Position numbers and translations under genes: made by a program | Origin: Antedon mediterranea | Taxonomy: Eukaryota; Animalia; Echinodermata | Reading direction: 5' to 3' | NCBI RefSeq assembly: GCF_964355755.1 | Contig: NC_092675.1 | Coordinates: 14,542,912-14,606,911 of the forward strand | Length of the DNA: 64,000 nucleotides | Notes under the pieces: model-generated | What the model was told of the DNA's origin: nothing | Seen by the model: the letters and a program-made list of their open reading frames with translations, nothing else | Databases searched by the model: none | Shown here: piece after piece, positions 13,501 through 25,800 of the stretch | Layout of the letters: each line of letters opens with the position of its first letter | Position numbering within the stretch: the stretch's first letter is position 1

Positions 13501-16500
13501 TATTATTAAAACATTTTACCGATTAATAACACTATATCATTTTTAAAACTATTTTAGAAAGTTTTGACAGAATATTGAATTAAAAATATACCATTACTAA
13601 ATTCCTGTTAAAGGAGACAGTTTTACGTAATAACACGTTTCTTCCTTACATCATTATTTTGTTCCTCCATGCTTACACAACGTTTTGTCATTATAGGGAA
13701 CAGAACCTTGTTCGAATTGTTGTACGACATATACAGATGAATTTGGAAACTGTCTACGTTGCAGTCAAAATGACGAATTTGCAAAATGTGCCATGGAAAA
13801 TAAGTTTAAGACTGCCTATGTTAATGCCCAGGTTAGGCGTAGATTTAACTTCTTTATATCAACTAATACGGCGTATTTAATAAAACTCAAAGTGTAACAA
13901 TAAACAATAATTGTGATTCAGTAGCATTGCATCGTAGCTTTAAACGATTTAAATAAAACCTAATAACCATCAAATTTATTAATATATTTAATTTAGTCTT
14001 GTATGTAGCAGTACTTACATTAATGCACTATTTTCCATCGCGCACGGTCTTTCAGTTCTTTTTGGTTGTTCTAACACATAAGAAAGCCAAACCCTATCTG
14101 ATATTATAATATTTTACTTTCTAACAACGGCAGAAAGAAAGAGACGATTCAATCATGAAACTGCAAGCGGAAGAAGAATCCACGAGACTGGAAGAAAGAG
14201 AATCAAGACGGAGAGAGGCCCGTCTTGCAGTCATGACAGATGAGTGTGGGAAGAATATAAAATTCAGATTTAAAAATGCACAGGCAACGCACACGTTTCC
14301 AGAAAATGCATTATACAAGGTAAAACAAAACGATAAAGTAAAACAGCCAGAAAAATTAGCAGAGCTTTCGGGCAATACTAGCCCTTCATCAGTGAGAGAC
14401 TATGATATATATGTATATATAAAAGCCGAGGTCAATACTTTATAAATTCCGTTGCAGGACTTATTCAATTACATAATGGCGCAGCCAGCATCTACAGAGT
14501 TATTCTCTGTTAGTGGACACAACTTTTTTACATCAAATAGGACTGACGTGTGTCTAGAAACACCACTTCCTTTATCGGTATTTGGGACAATTCTAAATGT
14601 GCAATGGCTTGGAGATAGGAACGACGACTCTGAAGGCCTGACCACGTAAGAAATACATTGACTCTTGTTAAAAATTGTAAATATAGAAACAGTTCACAAA
14701 ATGTTCATGTAAAACACGGCAATTCGTTTTTCGAGATAGAAAATAAAGCATACCACTAGCAAGCTAAGTAAAAAAAAAATCACTAAATTTTAAATCGTTT
14801 TCAGATATATGCAAAAGTGTGACAAACCTTATCAACATTTTTTAAAAGAAGATATGGACACATCAACTGAAAATTTCGCAGATATAGACATGTGAGTTTT
14901 TTTTATTAATGATGTACAGGCATAGATAAACACTAAACCGTCCTGAAATATGGAAAATTAGCAATAAAAAAAAACAGAATTGTACCTGAAACCTTTTGCA
15001 GTATTACTGTTATACATTAGTGTGATAATAAACTGCCAGATAATAAACACAATAAAAATAAACAAATGATACAATTTTAAATGAAAACCTAACACTATCT
15101 TTTTTTGTCATAGTGATACAAGAGATCGCCTGAGAGAGCTTTTAAAAGAACTGAAAACGAAGGCTCAGAAAGGTTATTCAAAACAACCAAATTTTGTGAT
15201 GTGCCGACGCCTTTTTGTAGTCGAAGATATTATGAGTCACTTCCAATTCCATTTACAAATTGATCCTAGTGGTAAATGGCTAGAACAGCCTTACAGAGTG
15301 AAATTTATTGGTGAGTTACAACACATTTTATGTGTGTTACACTTTCATCGACTTAAAAAAAATTGTGTGGTTGGCAAGTCGTTATTTGTATGCTTTTTTG
15401 ATTTGTTAAACTTATATACTGTACACAACTACTAATATTTAATTACATTTTAAACATTTGTTTTTCGTTGTTAAGCATGACCAGTGCATATATTTATTTT
15501 TATAAATCATATACTGTATCTTTTATTTTTTAGGCGAATCTGGAATTGATCTTACTGGTCTCGGAAGGGAGATGGCCACATTATTTTTAAATGGCCTTAC
15601 CAAATCCCACTACCTAAATTGCTCGACTCTACGAAAAAGCCAAGACATAATTGAAAAGAGGGGGTACATGGTGCTTGGCAATGTGATTGCAAACATTGCA
15701 ATTAACCATGGAATTTGCCCCGGGATCTTTGGTAAGCCAGTAGTAGCCCATCTCCTAGGTCTTCAATACCGATCTACCGACCCAAATGATGTACCGTGTA
15801 TGGAGTCGAGACAGCATCTGATTAAGGTACTGTAACTTATGGTGTGAACCAACATCTTATGTAAACATGGGCCCAAAAACAATCATTAAAATGTAATGTC
15901 GAACGTAATATGCAGATCTAAAACTGTGCATATGTTTCTTTCAAGCAGCTGTGAGTGCATTATAATCACAATTTTAAAATACTGCCTTCTATCAATAAGC
16001 TTGATAATTATTGTTTACATACATCAATTTCCAAATTCGGATGTTTATTAATCTTTTATCACGCTCTTAGATGTGTGCATCTAACACGGAGGATGAGTTT
16101 ATGCAACTGTCCAACAGTCTACCACTGGATGACTGGGGCATATGCACAAGTAAAAGAAGTGTCTGTATTGAGGACTTTCCAACTATCTTGCGACAATCTG
16201 TCGAGCAACTCGCTGTCTTAAATGTTCACACTGAACTAAGACAATTTGCAGAAGGTACAGTAATTTCTAATTAGTTCCATATTTTATTTATCAAATACTG
16301 TAAGCTCTATACTGTCACTGCGAGCTATATATAAATTGTTTCTTTTAAAATATTATTTTGTTTGTTAAATTGTTTTCACACACATAGGTAGAATTTTGTT
16401 TAACCTTGTATCTTCTTTGACATTAGCCACTAATACCCAAAACAATATTTTTCAGGTTTAAATGCATTTGGGCTATTAGACCATTTAATAAAGGATAAAC

Positions 16501-17295
16501 AGGTCGGTAGAGCATTTTTCAGCCGCCCACATGCATTGGACTCCGAGTGGTTTCTAGATGAAAACAATGTAGCATTTGAATACTCGGAAAATGGCAGTAA
16601 CCAACGAACGGAGGAGGAACAGGCACACATGGCATTTGTGCATCTGACTAAAAGTTTAGAACGTATGTAGGCCTAAATTATTAATGCAGTTTACAAAGCT
16701 TTGCTTTTCCAGTGCTGTTACTATTCAATGAATGGGGAATTATCGTCTTAGAAGGCTACTGTTGGTTAGTGACGATTGTTTGGGGAGGACGTAGGAATTT
16801 ATAGTAGGGGGATCAACAAAGACGTATTTAACATTAAGGTTTTGTACTTGATATACATTTTAAATATAACTTCCTGCATCAGATCCTCCCCACTCATAGA
16901 ATTCTTGATTGTCATGCCAAGTGTTAAATTAATGCAATGGCAGACCTACCCAGTAAGTAGGAAGTATGACATGTATCATGTAAGTTTGCTCTTATATTTT
17001 AAATGGAATGGTTAAGAAACGTGACGAGGGAAAAATAGACCTAAAAGACCTTCTACAGTTCTGGGTTGCGGTTGATGCCATCCCCCCTCAAGGACTGGGA
17101 ATGGTTTTAAAGGTCTGTTTTGTAGACGGCGTGCTACCCTCTTCCAACACATGTGCAGGGCTACTTCGTATTCCAAGACGAAGCAAAGTTGGGGAGTTGG
17201 AAGAAGCATTTAGAGAAGCTGTGATATGCAGTCCGTGCTTTGACGATGACGAAGTCGAGCCGGAAAATGACTTGTCAGCTGTCGGTCCACTTTAA
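10521..17295 (+). CDS. Multi-exon HECT-domain E3 ubiquitin ligase-like protein (~940 aa). Exons 10521-10559, 10782-11147, 11432-11719, 11851-11970, 12213-12332, 12473-12517, 12673-12717, 13218-13283, 13697-13831, 14134-14319, 14458-14645, 14805-14891, 15114-15310, 15534-15826, 16071-16254, 16456-16662, last exon ~17020/17040-17295
   Basis: Manual splicing gives GT-AG introns with consistent phase and no stops through 16 exons. HECT motifs: YRVKFIGESGIDLTGLGREM, QFAEGLNAFGLL, LLQFWVAVDAIPPQG and LPSSNTCAGLLRIP (catalytic Cys). The acceptor of the last exon is unresolved. Confidence 0.85.
12336..12738 (+). repeat. Apparently exact 200-bp tandem duplication containing a 45-nt exon
   Basis: 12336-12535 is repeated at 12536-12735; each copy holds ag|ESISEPPEPRSPPPI|gtaagt. 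Confidence 0.9.
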
Positions 17296-17633
17296 TTTTT
17301 TCTCTTAGTAAAACGAGTCTTCTGTTACACATACCGTATTAAAAAAGAGGATATGAAAGGGTTCCAAATTTACGTAGTACATACTGTTAAATATTCCTGA
17401 CTGAAATATTAAATTTCGTAGATGACGATAAAGCATAGTAAACAGCCCTAAGAAATGAAAAAAAAACCCGCTGGTGACGTCACTAGCGGAAACTTTTGTA
17501 CAGGGAACATAGGAATTTTTTGGTTAATCGTCCACTACGCCAAAACTATTTCGATATAAACTTATCCGCTTGGCAGTTTTATTCTTAAATGAATTATACA
17601 TCATAATTCGTTGAATTGAATTTCCTACCACTT

Positions 17634-17752
17634 TGTTTAGTCGCGTGGACGCGACTCTATAGTTCACTATGTCGGTCGGTCGGTCTGTCTGTCTGTCGGT
17701 CCGGTATCACTATGCATTTTAGCAGGCGACTTATGGCTGTTTGCCTTGTTTT
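17634..17752 (+). mobile_element. Short DINE-1/HINE-like repeat copy
   Basis: tttagtcgcgtggacgcgactctatagttcactatgtcggtcggtc...gcgacttatggctgtttgccttgttt; same family as 180-6615 and 59405-60165. Confidence 0.7.
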
Positions 17753-19938
17753 TTTATTGATTTAAAATAGATATACATTTAAGACGAGGATGAGACTAGT
17801 ATTCATATTGATGTTGTTGGTTTGGATATTCATAGCTAGGTGGAGGTAGTAAAGTAGTACTACTATGTAAATATTATTATGATGAATGATTGAAATATAC
17901 TGTGTCACACATTTTCGTCGTCGCATGTTGTGTGACACACAATGTCAAACACGATTCAATACGGCTGCCGTGGATATTACCGCGGGTATTTCAAATACAG
18001 TAACTGAGCGATCGGACGTACGTGTGTTTAGAACGTTCTTAAAAACCAATATGGCGTGCAAGTTGGTCGGCCATTTTTCGAAGATTTTTATTAAAAACTT
18101 TATTTATTTAAAGCTAATTTTTGTTGTGTTGCTTATTTACATTAGAAAGATTCATAATCAATTATTTATTCAATTTTTCAAAACCCTTTCATATCCTCTT
18201 TAACACTCAGTTCTACCAACTGTTCTTAATTTTATATGTACTAGCAGTTACCTGTGCTCCGCATGGTCTTTTCATTTCTATTTTCAATGGTTGCTATTTG
18301 ATTACACTAATCCGTATTTTTGTGGGAGCTGTGTGATTAATTATGTTCAGGAATTGTGACATGCAATTGCAATTTTTCTAAACGATAAAAACAAAATGTG
18401 TACATCAGAGGGAATGTTTCTAGATGCAAAACTGCCACCTAAATCATGCAAACGACCTCTTATTGGTCACACATTGTTTTCGTGTTTAACAAAATTTAAA
18501 ATTACTTGGATTTCGTTTCCTTTTTTTGTGTATGTTGTTGATTTTCCCAATTTATACATTTGTTTTAATGCTTTTGATATTTGCATTTTTCTAATTGGAC
18601 TCGTAATGTGTGCCTATGTATACCAATACCTAAATGTAGTTGCAATTACCAGACATTTCAGTTTGTAAGGAGTATATGCTGTACTATACTCTTATTTGTA
18701 TAACTATTGCAACTTTAACGTACTGATTTTGTTAAACTATATATATATTTTTTTCAACAAATTAACGTTTATTTCTTTTAAAATAACAATACAAAACTAG
18801 AATTTAATTCGTCACTTTGACAAATTATAGGTGATCATTTTTATAATTTTAATGACATTTAATTTTTAAAACGATGCACGTACGTTAAAATACGATCGTA
18901 AAATGTTGACGTAAGCCATCCTATGACCCGATTATGTATACTCTTACAGTTCTGAGTTGTGCCTATTATTGTATGTATGATTAGATAATGTAGCCTATAC
19001 AGTATACACTGTATATCTATATACAGTGTAGGATAGGTGAAATTAGGGGACCCACATTATGTTCTAATTTTTTTGGTATGATGACGTTATCAAAATAAAC
19101 TTGGACGTGACAAATTCTGAAGATTATGAATTGAGCAAAACGTTATAAGATTTAGAACAAAATTCAAATTACTGTTATTTTTTGCCTGGTTTTATATGAT
19201 AAATAAAAAAAATTACCAATACAACCTAATGACGTGTTTGAAACAATTAATTAGTAGTTGTGCTTTTTCACTAAATCTCTTTTACTTGATATACCCACAT
19301 TGGCAATTTTGATTTTGATAACTTTTCTAGTAAATTTAATTATTTTAAAACCGGTCTCTTTTTCAACAATAACTTGTACACAACAACTGCGGTATACAAA
19401 GACTGGTTTTCCAGTATTCATTACTTTAAAGCTATAAGCTACAAGCTACAGGCATTAATTTAAGATATCTTCATTTTAAACTCAAAATATTATTGTAATT
19501 TCAATTGTAACTCGCGACAAAATGGTTTGTTAACTGTTATTATAATGGAGGCGGGGCGTCTGAAATCATTTAGTTGTCATTGGCTATAGTTGTACTGTAG
19601 CAAGCGCCTTGACTGAAGAGTCGAAACCACAGCATACAGGAAGATTAAATATACTAAAAAGAGTGAGGAAATATTTCTTTAGAATAAGACAAACGGTAAG
19701 CTTTTTAAAATTTCTATAAATTTACAACCTGTTCGTTCTTAGGACTACGAACGTTAACAATATAATATATAACAATATATATATATTAACATATATTAAC
19801 AGTATAGGCCTATATATAATATTACCGCAGGCCTACATGTTCTTTAAAATTGAATTGTCTAAAAATAAATGCTCGATGTAGGCCCAATTTTAGATTGTTT
19901 AACCATCTCTAAAATTATTAATACGGTTTAATTTAGAT

Positions 19939-21198
19939 ATGGATCCGCCCGACATTAACGCCTTGCATGGTTTACTAGATGAAAACATTCCGATAACAAG
20001 AATCGCTGGAATACACAAGGTATGTATAAAATGAACGCTAAAAAAGAAAGAACACTTGCATTTGAAAAGCACTAATAAATCATAAACACTAAAAATGGTA
20101 TAGGCCTAAAGTACAATATATATATATTATGTTTCTTTTTCTGTTTAGGTGTGCAGAAAGACAATTTATAGGTGGTTGTTAAAATACGGTCTTAATTACG
20201 AGAGGTTTACAAATATATCTGATGATGAACTTGCCAACATCATTCGACATATAAAGAAGACACACCCGAACGATGGGGAAGTACTAATGGATGGCCATTT
20301 AAAAGCTAGAATTCCCCCAATTAAGATACGAAGACAAAGACTGAGAGCGGCAATACGTTTGGTTGACCCAGAGGGAGTTAAAAGGAGAAAAAGTGTTGCC
20401 ATCAGACGTCGGCAGTACTCCGTGCCTTGTCCACATTATATGTGGCATGTTGATGGAAACCATAAGCTGATAAAATACAAAATGGTCATACACGGAGGAA
20501 TAGATGGTTTTACAAGACTTGTTGTATTCATGAACATATCACCTAATAACCGAGCAACGACAGTCGAAGCCGGGTTTTTACAGGCAACTAACGAATTTGG
20601 TTGGCCCATTCGAGTACGCACTGACAAAGGCGGAGAAAACGCAATTGTATGGGACCATATGGTGTCTAAGAGAGGTGAATCTTCTGCTTTGCTTGGGAGT
20701 TCAGTCCACAACCAACCAATTGAACAGTTATGGGGGATTATAAATGACAGAGGTACTTCCCAATTCAAAGTATTGTTTAGAGACATGGAAGTTAATGGGG
20801 AGTTGGATGTTGAAAATGAAACGGACATTCTTTGTTTACACTGGGTTTTTTTACCATTAATACAAAACACATTAACTGAACTAGCGAAGTCATTAAATAA
20901 AAGAAAATTGTCAACTGAAAAACAGCGCACGCCTTTTCAGCTGGAGGCTGAATATATTCATCTGAAAAACCAATATGAGGTAAATCCAATTGCAACACAT
21001 GGTGGTGTGGACTTTCCGTACTTGGACCCAACATCACTAGAGAGGCCACTCCAGCAGGTAACGTGTGAGCAGTTTGAAGCTTTACCTGAAGAGGTCCTAG
21101 ACAACTTGCGTAATCTTGGAGAAGCCCAGACCCTCAGTCAAGGCAGAGCCATGTACAAGGGTGCTGTTCGAGTGGTCTCGAATTACATGCTTTCATAA
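19939..21198 (+). CDS. DDE transposase (integrase-core, IS3/IS481-related, IS3EU type), 2 coding exons 19939-20019 and 20149-21198, 376 aa
   Basis: The HTH IAGIHK|VCRKTIYRWL is rebuilt across a phase-0 GT-AG intron; catalytic motifs WHVDGNHKL, HGGIDGFTR, RVRTDKGGEN, GSSVHNQPIEQLW; no stops; lies inside the TIR/TSD-bounded element. Confidence 0.9.
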
Positions 21199-23124
21199 CT
21201 GCAAGATACACGCCAAATCGAGTATCCATGACGATTGCTTTCAATTTATAGACCTAACTTTGATAGCCCCTTGTTATTACTTGCAAGTATACCTGCCCAA
21301 GGACGGGTTTCAAATGTTATTTAAAACATTCCCAGTACAATTCTGATCACTTTGATACCGATCATTACCCACATAACTTTAGTATCTCCGTAATACTCAC
21401 CCACCCCTACACTTCCTAACACCAGGGAGTTGTAATTACAACTCCCTGCACTCGGGTGACTTTTTGAAGTACAGTATATTGTTTAAAACCTTCCCAGGGT
21501 TAGGTTTGTTGATACGTATTACACGTGCACCATTTGTGTGGACGCGTGTATTAGCATTATTTTGTAAAACCCAGCAAACGCAAACTTACTAATTCTGTCT
21601 CGATTTATTTACGTGGTCTGTATTAAATTTAAAATATGTTTTGTTACAAATATGTAAATTTTGTATCTGTATATGTTTATATGATTCTATATTTAAATTA
21701 ACTGTTTTTAGTTTTTCTATCTAGTTAGGTTTTATATTTACTTTTGTTTTTAGTCGCGTGAAAGCGATTCTATAATTCACTATGTCGGTCGGTCTGTCGG
21801 TCGGTCCGGTATCACTTTGCGTTTTATCGCGTTTTCTGTACTCTTTGAACTGCACGCGACTCATTACGCGGACCAGGCTACTTTAGCGTTACGTTTGGCA
21901 TCCACTGAATCAGTGGATGACCTATCCCCTCAACATGTCAATTGTGGTATAAGTTGACAGGAATAATACTCTGTGGTGTAATAAAAATGCCAGCGTGTTT
22001 ATTTAAGACTGCAAGTGTTAAGAATAACTTGCTGTCCATTTTCAACTTCCTCTTACCAATGACCAATAGCAAACAGGCACTGCTTGTCAATCAGGTCCTC
22101 ACTGACTGGGTATTAACCAATCAATTTACTATTAGATAGGTCACTGATTTTATACAATAGTTTGCGGGAAATTTTATTTCTGACCTTATACAGGAATAAA
22201 TACTTTAGTGGTTGTTTATAATCTAATCTAAATATTTCTCAATGCTGCTTTATGCAAAGCAAAGGAATTTAACTAGAACTACAGACACATTAAATAAATA
22301 CTTTTAAACATGAACAATAGTTTTGCTAGGGAATTGGGATGGCCGTGTGATATTCAATTTATTAAATTTAATGGGAAAGTACAGTATATATCTTTCACAA
22401 AATGACTTAAAATATCTTCGTATGTCATCAGGCAGCGTTTTAAAGGCCATGGAAGCCCTTTGGTCGATTTTGGGAACAAAATGGATTGATAGGCAATCAT
22501 GAGTACTTCCGAACAGTGCTATAAATGTATCACGAAAGCATATTAGTGTTTCATGTTTTATTCACCTGTTGTTGGGTGGTGGACATCTTGTAGACAATAT
22601 GTACAGCAGCAACAAACATACATAATGGATACAAATGAACACAATTTAAATTTGATAACTCTACGCGATTTTATACGAGATAAATGCGTAGACTCGGTCA
22701 TCAATGACCGTCTACTTGATAATATAAACGACGAGCCCGTGGTTGAAATTACCTGGAAGAAAATGTACAACAGAACTATTAGAAAGAATTAATCGCAAAA
22801 GGGTTAGGCCCGGTAAGCCAGATATACCATGGAGTTCAAATATCCCCCGCCATTCCTCTTGATGGATTGAGGCGGCAGGCCTCAAAGCGATTTTAAAATT
22901 GAATGGAAGCGCATCGAAAATCAATAAAAGATCTTTCTCGGAAGATTCATTGTGGAGGAAAATCTGACTTGCATGGTAGGTAGAAATCAACAGTGCCAAT
23001 AAAAATAAAATAATTAACAAATTCTTATCAGATAGATCTACGTAAATGTGTGAAGTAGGACTAAAGAGGTCTTATTTACAGTATATCAGTAGGCCTAATA
23101 TATATTCGTATAAAATATCCTAAT

Positions 23125-23615
23125 TTCCACAACTCAGGATTATGTCCATAATGATATCAATAGTAAGATTCTGTTATAGGCCTATGCGTAATTTTTTTTT
23201 ATTAAGCCACTAATTTTTCATTATCATACATTAAATTCAATTATACCATGATACATAATTCAGTGATTATTTTACAGTTATTTTCTCATTTTCCCAATTG
23301 TCTTTTCTCTTACAGGTAATAACGTGGTACGTGCTTCATGATTGATGGTAAAATTAATTTATACCTGTAACAATAGAGTATGGCAAGGCATTTCGGACCG
23401 GATGGAGTACTCCTTTAAAGTTGTCATCGGAGGAAAAGATTAGGTGGAAGAAATGCTTTCCATGGACTGCACCAGAAGTAATTTCTGGTGTCGAAGCACC
23501 ATCAGAGCACAGCGATATTTACGCGTTTGGATACATGTGCAGCCGCATATTTACCAAAACGAACAACATAAGAATTCGGGAAACTGCATGCGGCGGCCGT
23601 CACCTGCAGAGCTAG
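23125..23615 (+). pseudogene. Decayed protein kinase (catalytic loop to subdomain IX)
   Basis: FHNSG..VHNDI | intron | GNNV...IEYGKA...FPWTAPEVISGVEAPSEHSDIYAFG; frameshifts and stops are present. Confidence 0.7.
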
Positions 23616-24019
23616 CTTGGCCACCACCTTTTATGTAATAACGTTAGATCATGAATAATTAAAAGTCATACGTTTTTCAGAATAGATTTTTAAAAAAGGG
23701 GAGCAATAAATTGTAGCTTTGTTTTCTTTTATTTATTATTAGTTTATGTATACATATTTTTTTATTTTTCGTATTCGTATTTAATGTTATATTTCGGGGT
23801 GGGTAAAACTTACTGACTGGCTTATTATGACTCTCTCCCCACATGATTACTTCATTGCATTTATTATCCTGTATGTATGTTATTATATTGTGGAAATAAA
23901 ATAAAATAAATAAAATAAAATTGAAATTGAAATTATATTTATTTGCAATTATCACATATTTTGTTCTATTTTACATTGTATAAAATTGTTATAAAACGAT
24001 GACAACATACAATGACAGG

Positions 24020-25800
24020 AAAAACAGTAGCAGGATACAAAAACAGTTTCTGGGTACAAAACATTTGTAAAAAAAAATTGTTTTGTACAAAAACATTGAC
24101 TGGGTACAAAAACGGTGGTAGGGTATAAAAACAGTGGCAGGGTACAAAAACAGTGGCAGAGTACACAAACAGTGACAGGGTACAAACACGGTGGCAGGGT
24201 ACAAAGTCGATGGCAGCTGGGTAAAAAATCAGTAGCAGGGTACAAAAACAGTAGCAGGGTACAAAAACAGTGGCAGGGTACAAAAACGGTGACAGGGTAC
24301 AAAATAGATGGCAGCTGGGTACAAAAACAGTAGAAGGGTACAAAAACAGTGGCAGGGTACAAAAACGATGGCAGGGTACAAAAACGATGGCAGATGGGTA
24401 CAAAAACAGTGGCAGGGTACAAAAACGGTGGCAGGGTACAAAAACGGTGGCAGGGTACAAAAACGATGGCAGATGGGTACAAAATCAGTGGCAGGGTACA
24501 AAAATAGTGGCAGGGTACAAAAACGGTGGCAGGGTACAAAAACAATGGCAGTTGGGTACAAAAAAATGAGCAGGGCACAAAAACAGTGGAGGGTACAAAA
24601 ACGGTGGCAGGGTACAAAAACGATAGCAGCTGGGTACAAAAACAGTGGCAGGATACAAAAACAGTGGCAGGGTACAAAAACAGTGGCAGGATACAAAAAC
24701 GGTGGCAGGGTACAAAAACGATGACAGCTGGGTACAAAAACGGTGGCAGGGTACAAAAACGGTGGCAGGGTACAAAAACGGTAGCAGGGTGGTACAAAAA
24801 CAGTGTCACTGATTTTATACAATAGTTCGCGGGAAATCTGATTGCTGACCTTATACAGGAATAAATACTTAGTGGTTGTGATATTCCATTTATTAAATTT
24901 AATGGGAAAGTATATCTTTCACAAAATGATGTATGTATGTCAGGCAGTGTTTTAAAGGCTGGAAGCCCCTGGTGGAAGGGTACAAAAACGATGGCAGCTG
25001 GGTACAAAAACAGTGGCAGGGTACAAAAACGGTGGCAGGGTATATACAAAAACGATGGCAGGGTACAAAAACGATGGCAGTTGGGTACAAAAACAGTCGC
25101 AGGGTACATAAACAGTGGCAAGGTACACAACCAGTGGCAGGGTACAAAAACGGTGGTAGGGTACAAAAACAGTGGCAGGGTACAAAAACGGTGGCAGGGT
25201 ACAAAATCGATGGCAGCTGGGTACAAAAACAGTTGCAGGGTACAAAAACAGAGACAGGGTATGACAAGCAGTGGTCTAGGGTACAAAAACTTTTGTTGTA
25301 TACAAAGTGTCTGGGAAAAAAGACGATGACAGCTAGTGGTACAAAAACGGTGGCAGGGAAACAAAAACGGTGGCAGAGTACAAAAACGGTTGCAGGCTAT
25401 AAAAACAGTCGCAGGGTACAAAACAGTGGCAGGGTACAAAAATGGTGGCAGGGTATAAAAACAGTGGCAGGGTATAAAAACAGTGGCAGTGTACAAAAAC
25501 AGTGGCAGGGTACAAACACGATGGCAGCTGGGTACAAAAACTGGGGCATGGTACAAAAACAGTAGCAGGGTACAAAAATGGTGGCAGGGTACAAGAACAG
25601 TGGCAGGGAACAAAACAGTGTCAGGTACAAAAACAGAGACGGTACGACCAAGCAGTGGTCTAGGATACAAAAACTTGTGTTGTATCCAAAGTTTCTGGGA
25701 AAAAAAGAAGATTGCAGGGATACAAAAACGGTGGCAGGGATACAAAACAGTGGCAGAGTACACAAAATTGTGTTGTACTAAAACAGTGGCAGGGTAAAAA
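24020..25800. repeat. Minisatellite, ~19-23-bp unit gggtacaaaaac(a/g)gtggca
   Basis: Visible directly; interrupted at ~24805-24970 by a copy of 22140-22460. Confidence 0.95.

Noticed and set aside
10521-17295. Calling the HECT gene host G2E3 or NEDD4-family
   Set aside because: No PHD/RING, C2 or WW domains were recognised and it is enclosed by transposon ends, so no symbol was assigned
20149-21198. Bacterial IS3/IS481 contamination or LTR-retrotransposon integrase
   Set aside because: It has a spliceosomal intron, no adjacent gag, RT or LTRs, and lies within long TIRs with a 6-bp TSD
23125-23615. Kinase as a third core gene of the IS3EU-type element
   Set aside because: It lies within a separately bounded nested TIR element (21862-26589) and is decayed
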